64,000 nt of DNA from NCBI GenBank assembly GCA_965214905.1, contig OZ243984.1:2369037-2433036 (forward strand), in the 5' to 3' direction. Positions 1 to 9,106 of this stretch are shown piece after piece. Origin of the DNA: an uncultured Candidatus Binatia bacterium (lineage in GTDB: Bacteria; Desulfobacterota; Binatia; UBA9968; JAJDTQ01). The notes under the pieces are model-generated. The model made no database searches. It was not told where the DNA came from and was given only the letters and a program-made list of their open reading frames with translations. Made by a program: the position numbers and the translations under genes. The first letter of the stretch is position 1, and each line of letters starts with the position of its first letter.

Positions 1-1033
1 GTTCATGCTGGAGCCTCTGAGCTCGCTCCGGCCCAACGCCTACAACGCGGGCTACGAAACCGTGACGGTGCGGGTGGACCCGGTGGGCAAGGCCTGGGTG
101 TTCTCGGGCGACATGAACATGAGCATGAGCCACAAGACCACCCTGTCCCAGGTGGTGGCGGACGAGCTGGGCGTGCGCTTCGAGGACGTGCAGGTGTTCG
201 AGGGCGACAGCGCCCTGGTTTCGTCGTCCAGCGGGTCCTACGCGAGCCGATTCTCCACGGTGACGGTTTCTGCCGCCATCAAGGCCTGCCAGGCGGTGCG
301 GAGGAAGATCCTGGCCATCGCGGCGCACGCGCTCCGAACCCATCCCGCCGCCCTCGAATGCGCCGGCGGCATGGTGTTGAGCACCGAGAAACCGGGCGTC
401 GCGCTCACGGTCAAGGAAGTGGCCAACATCGCCTACTACTCCATCAACCAGTTGCCCGGGAACATGGATCCGGGGCTCCACGACACCCACTACTTCATCA
501 ATCCCAACACCAGCTTCGAGCCCGACGCCAAGGGCCGGACCTCGAACTTCTCGACTTTCCCCTACGCCGTGCACGTGGCCTACGTGGAAGTGGACGCCGG
601 CACCGGCGAAACCACGATCCTCCGGTATCTCGGCGTGGACGACTCGGGCAACATGGTGAACCCGATGATCGTCGATACCCAGATCACCGGCGCCATCTCC
701 CACGGCGTAGGGGGCGCGTTGCTCGAAGAGCTGGTGTATGACGAGCAGGGACAGCTCCTGTCCGGCACCTTCGCCGACTACGTCATTCCCTCCGCCATGG
801 AGATGCCGGACCTGGAGATCCATCACATGGTGACGCCCACGCCCTTCACCCCGGGCGGGTTCAAGGGGGTGGGGGAGATCGGCGCCATCGGCCCGCCGGT
901 GGTGCTGGCCAGCGCGGTGGAGGACGCGCTGGCGCCGCTGGGGGTGAAGATCATGAGGCTGCCGCTCAAGCCGGAGAACGTCTGGCGGGCGATACACGAA
1001 AGAAAAAACCAAAGAACAGGAGATCAGAGATGA
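1..1033 (+). CDS. Xanthine dehydrogenase/CoxL-family molybdopterin-binding subunit (5'-partial)
   Basis: C-terminal family motifs: GSYASR, AYVEVDAGTGETTILRY..VDDSGNMVNPMIVDTQITG, DYVIPSA, KGVGEIG. The frame runs off the window start. Confidence 0.88.
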   Translation, partial: FMLEPLSSLRPNAYNAGYETVTVRVDPVGKAWVFSGDMNMSMSHKTTLSQVVADELGVRFEDVQVFEGDSALVSSSSGSYASRFSTVTVSAAIKACQAVRRKILAIAAHALRTHPAALECAGGMVLSTEKPGVALTVKEVANIAYYSINQLPGNMDPGLHDTHYFINPNTSFEPDAKGRTSNFSTFPYAVHVAYVEVDAGTGETTILRYLGVDDSGNMVNPMIVDTQITGAISHGVGGALLEELVYDEQGQLLSGTFADYVIPSAMEMPDLEIHHMVTPTPFTPGGFKGVGEIGAIGPPVVLASAVEDALAPLGVKIMRLPLKPENVWRAIHERKNQRTGDQR

Positions 1034-1893
1034 GCGAGACAGGGAACGGTTTCACGGAACGGGCGACACGGGAGCTGGCGCGGGTGGCGGCGGTCTTCGC
1101 CGCGGGCGAGGCGGAAATCGCCGAGACCTATTTCAACTGGGACCAGCGGGACCGCGACAAGGAGGTCCTCTGGCTCACCAAGCAGGCGGGCCGGGAGATC
1201 GAGAGCACCTTCACGGGCCTCAAGGAGATCGTCGAGAAGGTGGGCGGCGACCTGGGCAAATCGGACCAATACTGGGTAGACCAGTGGGGCGGCGACGTGG
1301 ACCGGAACTGGCTGGAGGAGAACCTCTTCCGTACCAGGCAGGAGCTCAACCACGGCAATCTGTGCGTCGATATCATCGAGTGGCTCACCGGCGAGCCCGT
1401 GGACATCAAGGAGGTGGTGCGCCGCTACAACCGCTGGAACCCCGACCCCTCGCTGCCCGACATGAAGGAATGGGTGCGCTTGGCCGATGTCTTCAGGGAG
1501 CAGGAGGCGCGCCAGGAGCCCTGGGCGCGTCTCATCAACTCCCAGGGATTGCTCGAAGGCGGCAGTTGCGGCCTGTTCTACGCCGCCACCCGACTCGGCG
1601 GCAGCGAGCTCGACGACCGCCTGGCCACGGCCTTCACCGTGGTGCTCGATGACGAGCGCGGCCACGGGCCGGCCAACGTGTACCAGATCGCCGGCGCCTT
1701 CACCACGCAGGAGGCGGTGGACGGCGCCAAGGGCCTGATGGTGGAGCGGGGCGTGCAGCGCCTGCGCATGCGCAACGAGCAGTTCAGCTACCCCATCGAC
1801 GAGGCGCGAATCCAGGAGATCGCCGCCGGCAGGATCGGCCTGGACGTGACCCGCGAGATCTGGGGCGAGACCCTGGCGCGGTTCATCGACTGA
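1030..1893 (+). CDS. Ferritin-like (di-iron carboxylate) domain protein, function unknown
   Basis: Paired ExxH motifs (QELNHG, DDERGHG) with intervening Glu helices (REIE, LLEGG). ATGA overlap with the upstream gene; host-like codon usage. Confidence 0.6.
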   Translation: MSETGNGFTERATRELARVAAVFAAGEAEIAETYFNWDQRDRDKEVLWLTKQAGREIESTFTGLKEIVEKVGGDLGKSDQYWVDQWGGDVDRNWLEENLFRTRQELNHGNLCVDIIEWLTGEPVDIKEVVRRYNRWNPDPSLPDMKEWVRLADVFREQEARQEPWARLINSQGLLEGGSCGLFYAATRLGGSELDDRLATAFTVVLDDERGHGPANVYQIAGAFTTQEAVDGAKGLMVERGVQRLRMRNEQFSYPIDEARIQEIAAGRIGLDVTREIWGETLARFID

Positions 1894-1922
1894 CGCTGTG
1901 TAGTAGAAAAACCGTGACGACG

Positions 1923-3452
1923 TTACCTGCTCAAGACGTAGCCGTTTTGTGCAAGGTAGGTGATGTCGCCTAGCAACGTTGCCGAGTCAGCGTACTCTTC
2001 CGAAAAAACGGAACCGGACCGAATCAGTGCGCCCGCCAACTGGCTGAGGTCAACGCCGTGAAACGGTCCGTAGCCGGGAACCAGAACCTTTCCTGCCAGT
2101 TGTGCACGGTCAAGTGGACCGGATAGTTGAACTGCGTGGTCCAGCAACAGGTAACGTCGTACAATCGTGCGGCGTTCCTTCAAAAGGGCAATCCGCTTCC
2201 CGGTTTTCACCAACAGCGAACGGTCGAAGCAGTCGTTGATCGCACGCTCCACCTCTTCATCCGGGAAGCCATCCGCAATCAGCCGTTGTTTGACCTGTGC
2301 CCTTGAAGACCGTGCTGTCAGGGCAACCGCCTGCTCTATCTTCAACGGTGTCAGAAAACCAATCTGCTCGAAGTACGCCCGCAGCCTGACGGGCACCGTC
2401 CTGATCTGAAGCAGACCGTGCGTGTGTTCGTAAGCCAGGAGTCTGCGCAGGTCGCCATTCAGTGACGAGAAATATCCCGCACCGTCGACATACTCAATGA
2501 ACCTCGCGCCTTCAACAAGCCTATTGACGGACTCGCGAGAACTTCGTGTTTGATCGACGTTTTTGTGAGAGACACTGCCGGAGTCCCCTGCATAGAACTG
2601 GCACTGAACAAATAACCTGTTGTTCCAACCTTCCCGCCAGCCCGGTGTCTTGTAAGGCAACACAAAATCGTATGCGCGCGTTTTTCCTTCAGCATCCTCT
2701 TCAGTATCCGCAACGACGACGTCGGTGGCGTTGAAGTCTACATCCGCCCGCAAGCCCCAGGTTGTCATGAGTCCACGAAGCAGGTGTTCAGGCTCGTGGC
2801 CGCTGGACGCCATGACCGAGCCGCGAACCTTGAAGGCCACAATTGGCGCGAGTAAATCCGACTCCCGCCGGAATCGTTTCATGGCAAAGTAGCTGGACCC
2901 CAAGGCCCAAACCTGATTGACTGCATTCTCGTCCCTCAGAACAAAGGAAAAGAACTGTTTCAGTAGCCGCGCTTCGTTAGCTGCATCATTCATGTTGGCA
3001 ACCATGGACATGAACCGTCGGCTGCTCAATGTGCGAGGTATCGGCACAGAAGTCACCCATGTAGTGCGTCGCTTCCTTTTGTACGTTGGAATTTCCGTCC
3101 AATGGGCCTCGTCGCGGAGGTAAATGGGGAATTGGCACTTGAAATTGTTGTCCGAGTTGCCGGTGACCGCGAATAACGTTGACGCCAGCGAGTCCAGAAC
3201 GGCTTGTCGTTCGGTATGTTCTCGATTTTTCAGTATCTTTACAAAGATATCCGTCATCCGGTCGGGCGTGCAGCTTTCGGTGGACGCAAAACCCAACGTG
3301 GCTGTGCCCATGGCTTCAAATGCGCTCGAAACCAGTCGCAGTTCGTCCTTGAAGCGATTTGTGTCGACTATGTCACCGAGAGACGGGGTGATCCAGACAT
3401 CGAATTCATCGAGCTGCGACTGGAGGTCTTCATTCAGTGGCGGCAGTCGCAT
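1923..3452 (-). CDS. Putative type II restriction endonuclease
   Basis: 509 aa directly downstream of and overlapping a DNA methyltransferase. PD-(D/E)xK-like segment GHEPE...RAYDFVLP...FVQCQFYAGDSGS. Visibly lower GC than the flanks. Confidence 0.6.
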   Translation of the reverse strand: MRLPPLNEDLQSQLDEFDVWITPSLGDIVDTNRFKDELRLVSSAFEAMGTATLGFASTESCTPDRMTDIFVKILKNREHTERQAVLDSLASTLFAVTGNSDNNFKCQFPIYLRDEAHWTEIPTYKRKRRTTWVTSVPIPRTLSSRRFMSMVANMNDAANEARLLKQFFSFVLRDENAVNQVWALGSSYFAMKRFRRESDLLAPIVAFKVRGSVMASSGHEPEHLLRGLMTTWGLRADVDFNATDVVVADTEEDAEGKTRAYDFVLPYKTPGWREGWNNRLFVQCQFYAGDSGSVSHKNVDQTRSSRESVNRLVEGARFIEYVDGAGYFSSLNGDLRRLLAYEHTHGLLQIRTVPVRLRAYFEQIGFLTPLKIEQAVALTARSSRAQVKQRLIADGFPDEEVERAINDCFDRSLLVKTGKRIALLKERRTIVRRYLLLDHAVQLSGPLDRAQLAGKVLVPGYGPFHGVDLSQLAGALIRSGSVFSEEYADSATLLGDITYLAQNGYVLSR

Positions 3453-4239
3453 CTGAGAGGTCTCGGATCAGTGCACGTGGAAGTGCCTGCGCAGGCGTGG
3501 AACGGCTGATTTGCAACCTGTTCTCGACAATACGAATGTATTCGTCATTGTGATCGGAAAGTACACAGGAGAATCGAAGTTTCCTCGCTATGGCCCCGGT
3601 CGTCCCGGAGCCGCACATGGGGTCCAACACCACGTCGCCAGGCTTTATAGTCATTTTGAATAGCGGTTCGTACACATTCTCCGGTTTCTGCGAAGGGTGC
3701 TCTGTCTGTTCGTTTCTGCCGACGAAACCAATTATCAGCGGTGCGTCAATCACACTCGGAGGTCCGGGCATGTACCGCAGTTTACCTTTTGCCTTCTTTT
3801 GCAACTGTTTTTCATTGAGAAAATGTTCTGGGTAAAGGACGGCATCTTCCCGTGTCAAGTGTAAACAGGTCATCTGGGCCGACCGCCAGCCCCGGATGAC
3901 CGAGGGATTGTTCTTGTAGTACCATGTCAACCAACAGTTCAGCTTGAGTGCTTTGGGCAAGTGGCCGACGAATTGAGAAACTATCTCCGGGAATCCCCAG
4001 AGATACGTGTGCGGCGACACCTTCGAGGCGAGGTCAAGCAGATGCAATATGTAGTCGACGTAGTCGTCTCTCGTCCCGCCTACACCTTTGTTGTACCAAG
4101 GGTCGAGCATGGTCACCTTGAAGTCAATCTCGGACTGCGCGGCCAACAACAGCGATTCTTCCGCCTCGAGGGGAGTCAGGACGGTGACAGTAGAGTCTTT
4201 GTCCAACGGGGCCCTGTCATCAAGTAGCGAGAGCTGCAA
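3430..4239 (-). CDS. Site-specific DNA amino-methyltransferase (N6A/N4C, beta class)
   Basis: Catalytic motif IV DPWY precedes HPSQKP and motif I LDPMCGSGTT, which is the beta permutation. TTG start is uncertain. Confidence 0.88.
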   Translation of the reverse strand: MQLSLLDDRAPLDKDSTVTVLTPLEAEESLLLAAQSEIDFKVTMLDPWYNKGVGGTRDDYVDYILHLLDLASKVSPHTYLWGFPEIVSQFVGHLPKALKLNCWLTWYYKNNPSVIRGWRSAQMTCLHLTREDAVLYPEHFLNEKQLQKKAKGKLRYMPGPPSVIDAPLIIGFVGRNEQTEHPSQKPENVYEPLFKMTIKPGDVVLDPMCGSGTTGAIARKLRFSCVLSDHNDEYIRIVENRLQISRSTPAQALPRALIRDLSDATAATE

Positions 4240-4888
4240 CGATCAAACTCCTGGGATGCGTTTCGATCATATCGCCCGACCAAGTGTGCCCCGGTGGCTG
4301 CCCACGGGTCGTGAGCCGACCGCTCCCAGCTTTCTACCAAGCGGTTGCCGGGATGCCAAGACCAGATTCGGGATTCGGCAAAGGCAACCGGATCGGAACA
4401 CAAAGGATCAGTCCGAGGTGGATGCAGAATGCCCGTATCGTGTCGGAGACCGGCGAAGACGAAACCATGAGCCTCCACCATCGTTCGCGTCCAACGGCAT
4501 GGGGGCGTTCACAATAGAAGTCGAGGGTCTTTTGAGCGCTTCCTTCATCTCCTTGCTCGTCGGTTCCGGGAAGGAAACGCCCCTCGCGCGAGGGGATCAC
4601 GGTGTCGGTGCGAGAGCGCCTAACGCTCTGTTCTCAAACAGGACCCGCTCTCGACGATAGGCCGGTCAAGGCTCGCCCAAGGCACCCTTGGTGTGTCGGG
4701 TGTGGATAGGTGTGGATGGTGCGGATGGAAGTAGCGACGCCGGAGGCGATGGTGTTATGTTGGGAGCATGTACGACGGTGACCTGTGCACGAGGGTTGGC
4801 GTTGACGCTCCGTGAAAAGGTGAGGAGACTGACATAACCCCCTGCCAAGTCAACAAATCAGGCTGAAACAGGTACTTTCCGAGGGACG

Positions 4889-5070
4889 ATGACAACACAA
4901 TTTCCTGTGGATGAAAGCGGCAAAAGACCGCAATTGTGCTTCCACTTGAAGATTCTCGCGCTCTCGTCGAGTGCCTGGAAGAGTTGGAAGACCTCCGGGT
5001 TATGGAAGAGCGACAAAACCAGTCGAGCATCTCCATTGCTTCTTCGAGGAACCTTCTAACCTGCGTGGAA
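4889..5070 (+). pseudogene. Frameshifted small antitoxin-like gene
   Basis: RBS GAGGGA then ATG 4889 reads MTTQFPVDESGK. Restoring one A near 4922-4925 continues as KTAIVLPLEDSRALVECLEELEDLRVMEERQNQ, resembling small Phd/RelB-like antitoxins. 3' end approximate. Confidence 0.45.
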
Positions 5071-5137
5071 ACTGAAGATTGGAAACTGTGGGACGTTGAC
5101 ATACGGAGAATCCGACGTGGCGTCATACGTTGACCTC

Positions 5138-5899
5138 GAAGCCAGGGACGGCATCGCCTTCATCACGTTGAACCGGCCCGAGCGGCTCAACGCCATGAAC
5201 GAGGCGATGTGGGCGGAGTTGGGGCGCGTGTGGGACGCGTTCGCGGCGGATGCGGCGCTTCGGGTGGCGGTGGTGAGCGGCGCCGGCGACCGGGCGTTCT
5301 CCACCGGCATGGACCTGAAGGAGCGGGCGGTGGCCGGGGACCCACGGGCGCGGGAGTTCTGGACCTCGGCGTTGGCGCGGGATCCGGGGCGCAGGGAGCC
5401 CGTGTGGAAGCCCATGATCGCCGCGGTGCACGGGTACTGCCTGGCCGGAGGCTTCGAGATCGCCCTGTCCTGCGACATCCGTATCTGCAGCGAGGACGCC
5501 ACCTTCGGCCTGCCGGAGATCAAGCGGGGGTTCTTCCCGGGCAGCTCGGGCACCGTGCGGCTGCCTCGCATCGTGCCGTTGGGGATGGCCCTGGAGATGC
5601 TCTACACCGGCGAGTCCATCGCCGCGGCCGAAGCCTTCCGCTGCGGTCTGGTGAACCGGGTGGTGCCGCGCGACGAGTTGATGGCCGAGGCGGAGAAGCT
5701 GGCCCGGGCCATCGCCGACGGACCGCCACTGGCCATGCAGGCGGTCAAGGAAGTGGTGTTGCGCGGGCTCGACCTGCCGCTGGCCGACGCCATCCGCCTC
5801 GAGGCCGGGTTCCGCGCGATGGCAGGCGGCACCGAGGACGCCGCCGAGGGCCCGCGGGCCTTCAGCGAGAAGCGGAAGCCGCAGTACAAGGGTCGCTGA
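5138..5899 (+). CDS. Enoyl-CoA hydratase/isomerase family protein
   Basis: ITLNRPERLNAMN, AFSTGMDLKE, GYCLAGGFE, FGLPEIKRG, AFSEKRKPQYKGR. GTG 5138 preferred over the ORF-track start 5096. Confidence 0.92.
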   Translation, partial: EARDGIAFITLNRPERLNAMNEAMWAELGRVWDAFAADAALRVAVVSGAGDRAFSTGMDLKERAVAGDPRAREFWTSALARDPGRREPVWKPMIAAVHGYCLAGGFEIALSCDIRICSEDATFGLPEIKRGFFPGSSGTVRLPRIVPLGMALEMLYTGESIAAAEAFRCGLVNRVVPRDELMAEAEKLARAIADGPPLAMQAVKEVVLRGLDLPLADAIRLEAGFRAMAGGTEDAAEGPRAFSEKRKPQYKGR

Positions 5900-5900
5900 C

Positions 5901-6002
5901 CGGCTGATCGTCCGGGTGAACTATCCCGTGCGGGTGATGCTGGTCCGTTTCATCGGTAGTCACAAGGAGTACGACGCAATCGCCGGTCCGTCGAGCATAT
6001 GA
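5901..6002 (+). pseudogene. higB: HigB toxin C-terminal remnant
   Basis: Translates to RLIVRVNYPVRVMLVRFIGSHKEYDAI, the characteristic HigB C-terminus (FIGTHxEYD). No start or N-terminus. Confidence 0.7.
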
Positions 6003-6017
6003 ACTCAGAGGCAGGCT

Positions 6018-6239
6018 ATGGACATTCCACCGCTCAAGACCGAGACCGATCATGCGAACGCCGTTGCCGAGATCGAGACCCTGATGGACGCCGAGCCCGG
6101 CAGCGAGGAGTTCGATCGGCTTGAGGTTCTTTCGGCTCTCGTAGACGCTTACGAGTCCGGAGTTCACCCCATTGCCGCACCGCAACCGACAAGGTATTCG
6201 ACGAAGAGGACAGCCCTCCCTCGGCTTGGCGAAGGCTGA
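6018..6239 (+). pseudogene. higA: HigA antitoxin N-terminal fragment (HTH missing)
   Basis: MDIPPLKTETDHANAVAEIETLMDAEPGSEEFDRLEVLSALVDAYE matches the HigA N-terminus, then diverges before the HTH. Lies directly after the higB remnant. Confidence 0.7.
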
Positions 6240-6381
6240 GCCACGTGTAGAAACCCCGCCCTTGTGGAATCGGTCGGGGCGCGAGCATCGTCGCGAACGA
6301 CTACGTTGTTTGTCACCACGAACAGCGTTCCGGTTTACTGAGCCGGCAGCTCCGGTTATTTCGGGAAACAAAGGATCCACC

Positions 6382-8013
6382 GTGTACCAGGACCTCCGGG
6401 AATACCTCGGCTTGCTGGACCGCCAGGGCCTGCTGATGCGGGTGACCGCCCCGGTGGACAAGGACACGGAGCTGCATCCGCTGGTGCGGTGGCAGTTCCT
6501 GGGGTTGCCCGACCACCAGCGCAAGGCGTTTGTCTTCGAGAACGTGGTGGACGCCAAGGGCCGGCGGTACGACACCCCGGTGGTGCTGGGGGCGCTGGCG
6601 TCCAACGAGGCCATCTACGCCCTGGGCATGGGCTGCGAGCCCGGCAAGAGCTTCGAGAAGTGGTCCGCGGCGGTGGCCGCCCCGCTGGCGCCGGAGGTGG
6701 TGGATACCGGTCCGGTCAAGGAGGAGATCCACACCGGCGACGGCCTTCTGGAGCACGGCGGCCTCGACGAGTTTCCGGTGCCCATCTCGACCCCCGGGTT
6801 CGACAACGGACCGTACCTGACCGCCTGCCACTGGATCACCAAGGACCCGGAAACCGGCATCCGCAACGTCGGCAACTACCGCGGCCAGATCAAGTCCCCC
6901 ACCAGGACCGGCGTCTATCTCATCAGCGCCCAGCAGGACCTGGCCATCCACTGGAACAAGGCCAGCGCCCTGGGCCAACCGCTGCCCGCGGCCGGCGTCA
7001 TCGGCGCGGCGCCGTGCCTATCCTACGTGGCGGTGCAGAAGATCGCCTACGGGGTGGACGAATTGGGCGTCGCCGGCGCCATCCTGGGCCGGCCCATGTC
7101 CCTCGTCAAGTGCGAGACCGTGGACCTGGAGGTGCCGGCAAACGCGGAGATCGTCATCGAGGGTTACATCCGCACGGACGTGCTCGAGCCCGAGGGTCCC
7201 TTCGGAGAGTCCCACGGGTACATGGATCCCCGGAGCCTCAGCCCGGTCTTCGAGGTGACCTGCGTCACCCACCGGAGGAACCCCCACTATGTCGGCGTGT
7301 TGAGCCAAGTGACGCCCAGCGAGAGCAGCAAGATCAAGCACCGGGGCTGGGAGTCGCTGGTGCTGGACCACCTGCGCAACCACTGCAACCTCAAGAGCGT
7401 GGTCCGGGTGGGCCTGCACGAGCCGCTGGTGAACCTGCGCCAGTTCGTGGTGGTGCAGATGCGCAAGACCCACAAGCTCGACCCGTGGCAGGCCATGATG
7501 GCGGTGCTGGGCTTTCGCTATGATCTGGGAAAGGTGGTGATCGCGGTGGACGACGATATCGACCCCGAGAACTTCGCCGCCATCAACTGGGCCATTTGCC
7601 ACCGCTCCCAGCCGCACCGGGACGTGCGCATCATCGAAGGCCGGCAGACGGTGCACTCGCCCATCAACCTGGTGCGCATGCACGGCCACGCCGGCGATTA
7701 TGACAGCGAAGACTCCTCCCTCCTCATCGACGCCACCAAGAAGGCCGAGTTCCCGCCGGTGTCGCTGCCCACCCGTGAGTACATGGAGCGGGCGCTGAAG
7801 CTCTGGCAGGAGCTGGGGATGCCGGAACTCGAATACGGCAACCCGTGGTACGGCTACTCGCTGGGGTTGTGGCCGGCGGAGCTCGATGAGGAGGCGGCCC
7901 AGGCGGTCCGGGGCGGGCACCATCGCATCGGCGCCAAGCTGGACCAGCGCGCCGTGTCGGTGGCGCGCGGCGAAAGGCTGCAGGACGTGCAGAAGCGATG
8001 GAAGCCCCAATGA
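6382..8013 (+). CDS. UbiD family prFMN-dependent decarboxylase
   Basis: YQDLREYL start, NVGNYRGQ, VPANAEIVIEG, EPEGPFGESHGY, VIAVDDDIDP, LIDATKK. GTG 6382 follows an AAGGA RBS. Confidence 0.92.
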   Translation: MYQDLREYLGLLDRQGLLMRVTAPVDKDTELHPLVRWQFLGLPDHQRKAFVFENVVDAKGRRYDTPVVLGALASNEAIYALGMGCEPGKSFEKWSAAVAAPLAPEVVDTGPVKEEIHTGDGLLEHGGLDEFPVPISTPGFDNGPYLTACHWITKDPETGIRNVGNYRGQIKSPTRTGVYLISAQQDLAIHWNKASALGQPLPAAGVIGAAPCLSYVAVQKIAYGVDELGVAGAILGRPMSLVKCETVDLEVPANAEIVIEGYIRTDVLEPEGPFGESHGYMDPRSLSPVFEVTCVTHRRNPHYVGVLSQVTPSESSKIKHRGWESLVLDHLRNHCNLKSVVRVGLHEPLVNLRQFVVVQMRKTHKLDPWQAMMAVLGFRYDLGKVVIAVDDDIDPENFAAINWAICHRSQPHRDVRIIEGRQTVHSPINLVRMHGHAGDYDSEDSSLLIDATKKAEFPPVSLPTREYMERALKLWQELGMPELEYGNPWYGYSLGLWPAELDEEAAQAVRGGHHRIGAKLDQRAVSVARGERLQDVQKRWKPQ

Positions 8014-8148
8014 CCGGCCCGGTGGGGCCGCCGCCGGGCCGGCGCGCAGTCCGCGGCGCGCGTTCCCTGCGGGCATGGCGACGGCCTGCAAGCCGGCCGT
8101 CGGCCCGTGGCCGCATGGAGCGGCGTTTCAGGCGCCGGAACACGACCC

Positions 8149-8898
8149 GTGGCGCTTGACGGCACCCTGGTCCTGGTGGCCCTGACCATCTTCTTCGCGG
8201 GATTCGTCAAGGGCGCCACCGGCATGGGGTTCCCCCTCATCGCCACGCCCATGCTGACGCTGCTGCTCGACATCCGGATGGCCATCGTCGTGCTGCTGCT
8301 CCCCAGCGTGGTGATGGACCTGAGCCAGATCTTTCGCCGCGGCGTTCCCACCGCCATCTTCCGGCGCTTCTCGTCCATGTTCCTGTTCGCCTTAGCGGGG
8401 GTGTTCCTGGGCACCTGGGAACTGACCCGGCTTCCCCTGTGGGTCCTGAACCTGATCCTGGGAACGGTCGTCATCGTGTTCGCGGGGTCCGGGCTTTTCG
8501 CGTTCACCCTCACCACCTCCCGGCGGGCGGAGCCGCTGATGTCCCCGGTCATGGGATTCGCCGGGGGCTTCTTCCTGGGACTGACCAACACCATGGGTCC
8601 GGTCATGGCGCTTTATCTCCACGGCCTCGGGCTCGACAAGGGCGACTTCGTGAAAGCCATCTCCACCGCGTTCATCATGGCCAAGTTCTGGCAGGTCGTC
8701 GCCATCTCCACCTGGGGTCTGTTCACGGTCGAGGCGCTGAAGCTGTCGTTGTTCGTCACCGCGTTCATTCTCGTGAGCTTCTACCTGGGTCTGCGGATAC
8801 AGGACCGCATTCACCAGAAAACGTTCAACCGGGCCATCCTCGTGCTGCTGATCTTCACCGGGCTGATGCTGGCCTACCGCGCCCTGAGCGCGGCGTGA
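8149..8898 (+). CDS. Sulfite exporter TauE/SafE family membrane protein
   Basis: AGFVKGATGMGFPLIATP, GFAGGFFLGLT..GP and multiple TM helices. Confidence 0.88.
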   Translation: MALDGTLVLVALTIFFAGFVKGATGMGFPLIATPMLTLLLDIRMAIVVLLLPSVVMDLSQIFRRGVPTAIFRRFSSMFLFALAGVFLGTWELTRLPLWVLNLILGTVVIVFAGSGLFAFTLTTSRRAEPLMSPVMGFAGGFFLGLTNTMGPVMALYLHGLGLDKGDFVKAISTAFIMAKFWQVVAISTWGLFTVEALKLSLFVTAFILVSFYLGLRIQDRIHQKTFNRAILVLLIFTGLMLAYRALSAA

Positions 8899-8925
8899 CG
8901 CCGAGGTCCGGGAACCGTAGGACAT

Positions 8926-8953
8926 CGTCATTCCCGCTTTCGGGGGAATGACG
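8926..8953. repeat. dRS3-like palindrome (CGTCATTCCC-N8-GGGAATGACG)
   Basis: Perfect 10-bp arms around an 8-nt spacer in the intergenic region. Degenerate GGAATGACGG copies also occur near 54378-54415. Confidence 0.65.
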
Positions 8954-9106
8954 GAACGGCGAATGGCGGAACGGCTCTCGTACCCCGAAGTCGGCGTTTC
9001 GACACACACTCCCGTGCGGAGTTTCCGGCGTCGGTTCCGGAGAAAGCGACACCGAATCAAGGGCGCACCCGTGCCATCTCCGTGCGCGATCTGCTATTCA
9101 CATCTC

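Noticed and set aside
4240-4880. Several short ORFs upstream of the methyltransferase
   Set aside because: No recognisable motifs, controller HTH or convincing RBS. Treated as non-coding or debris.
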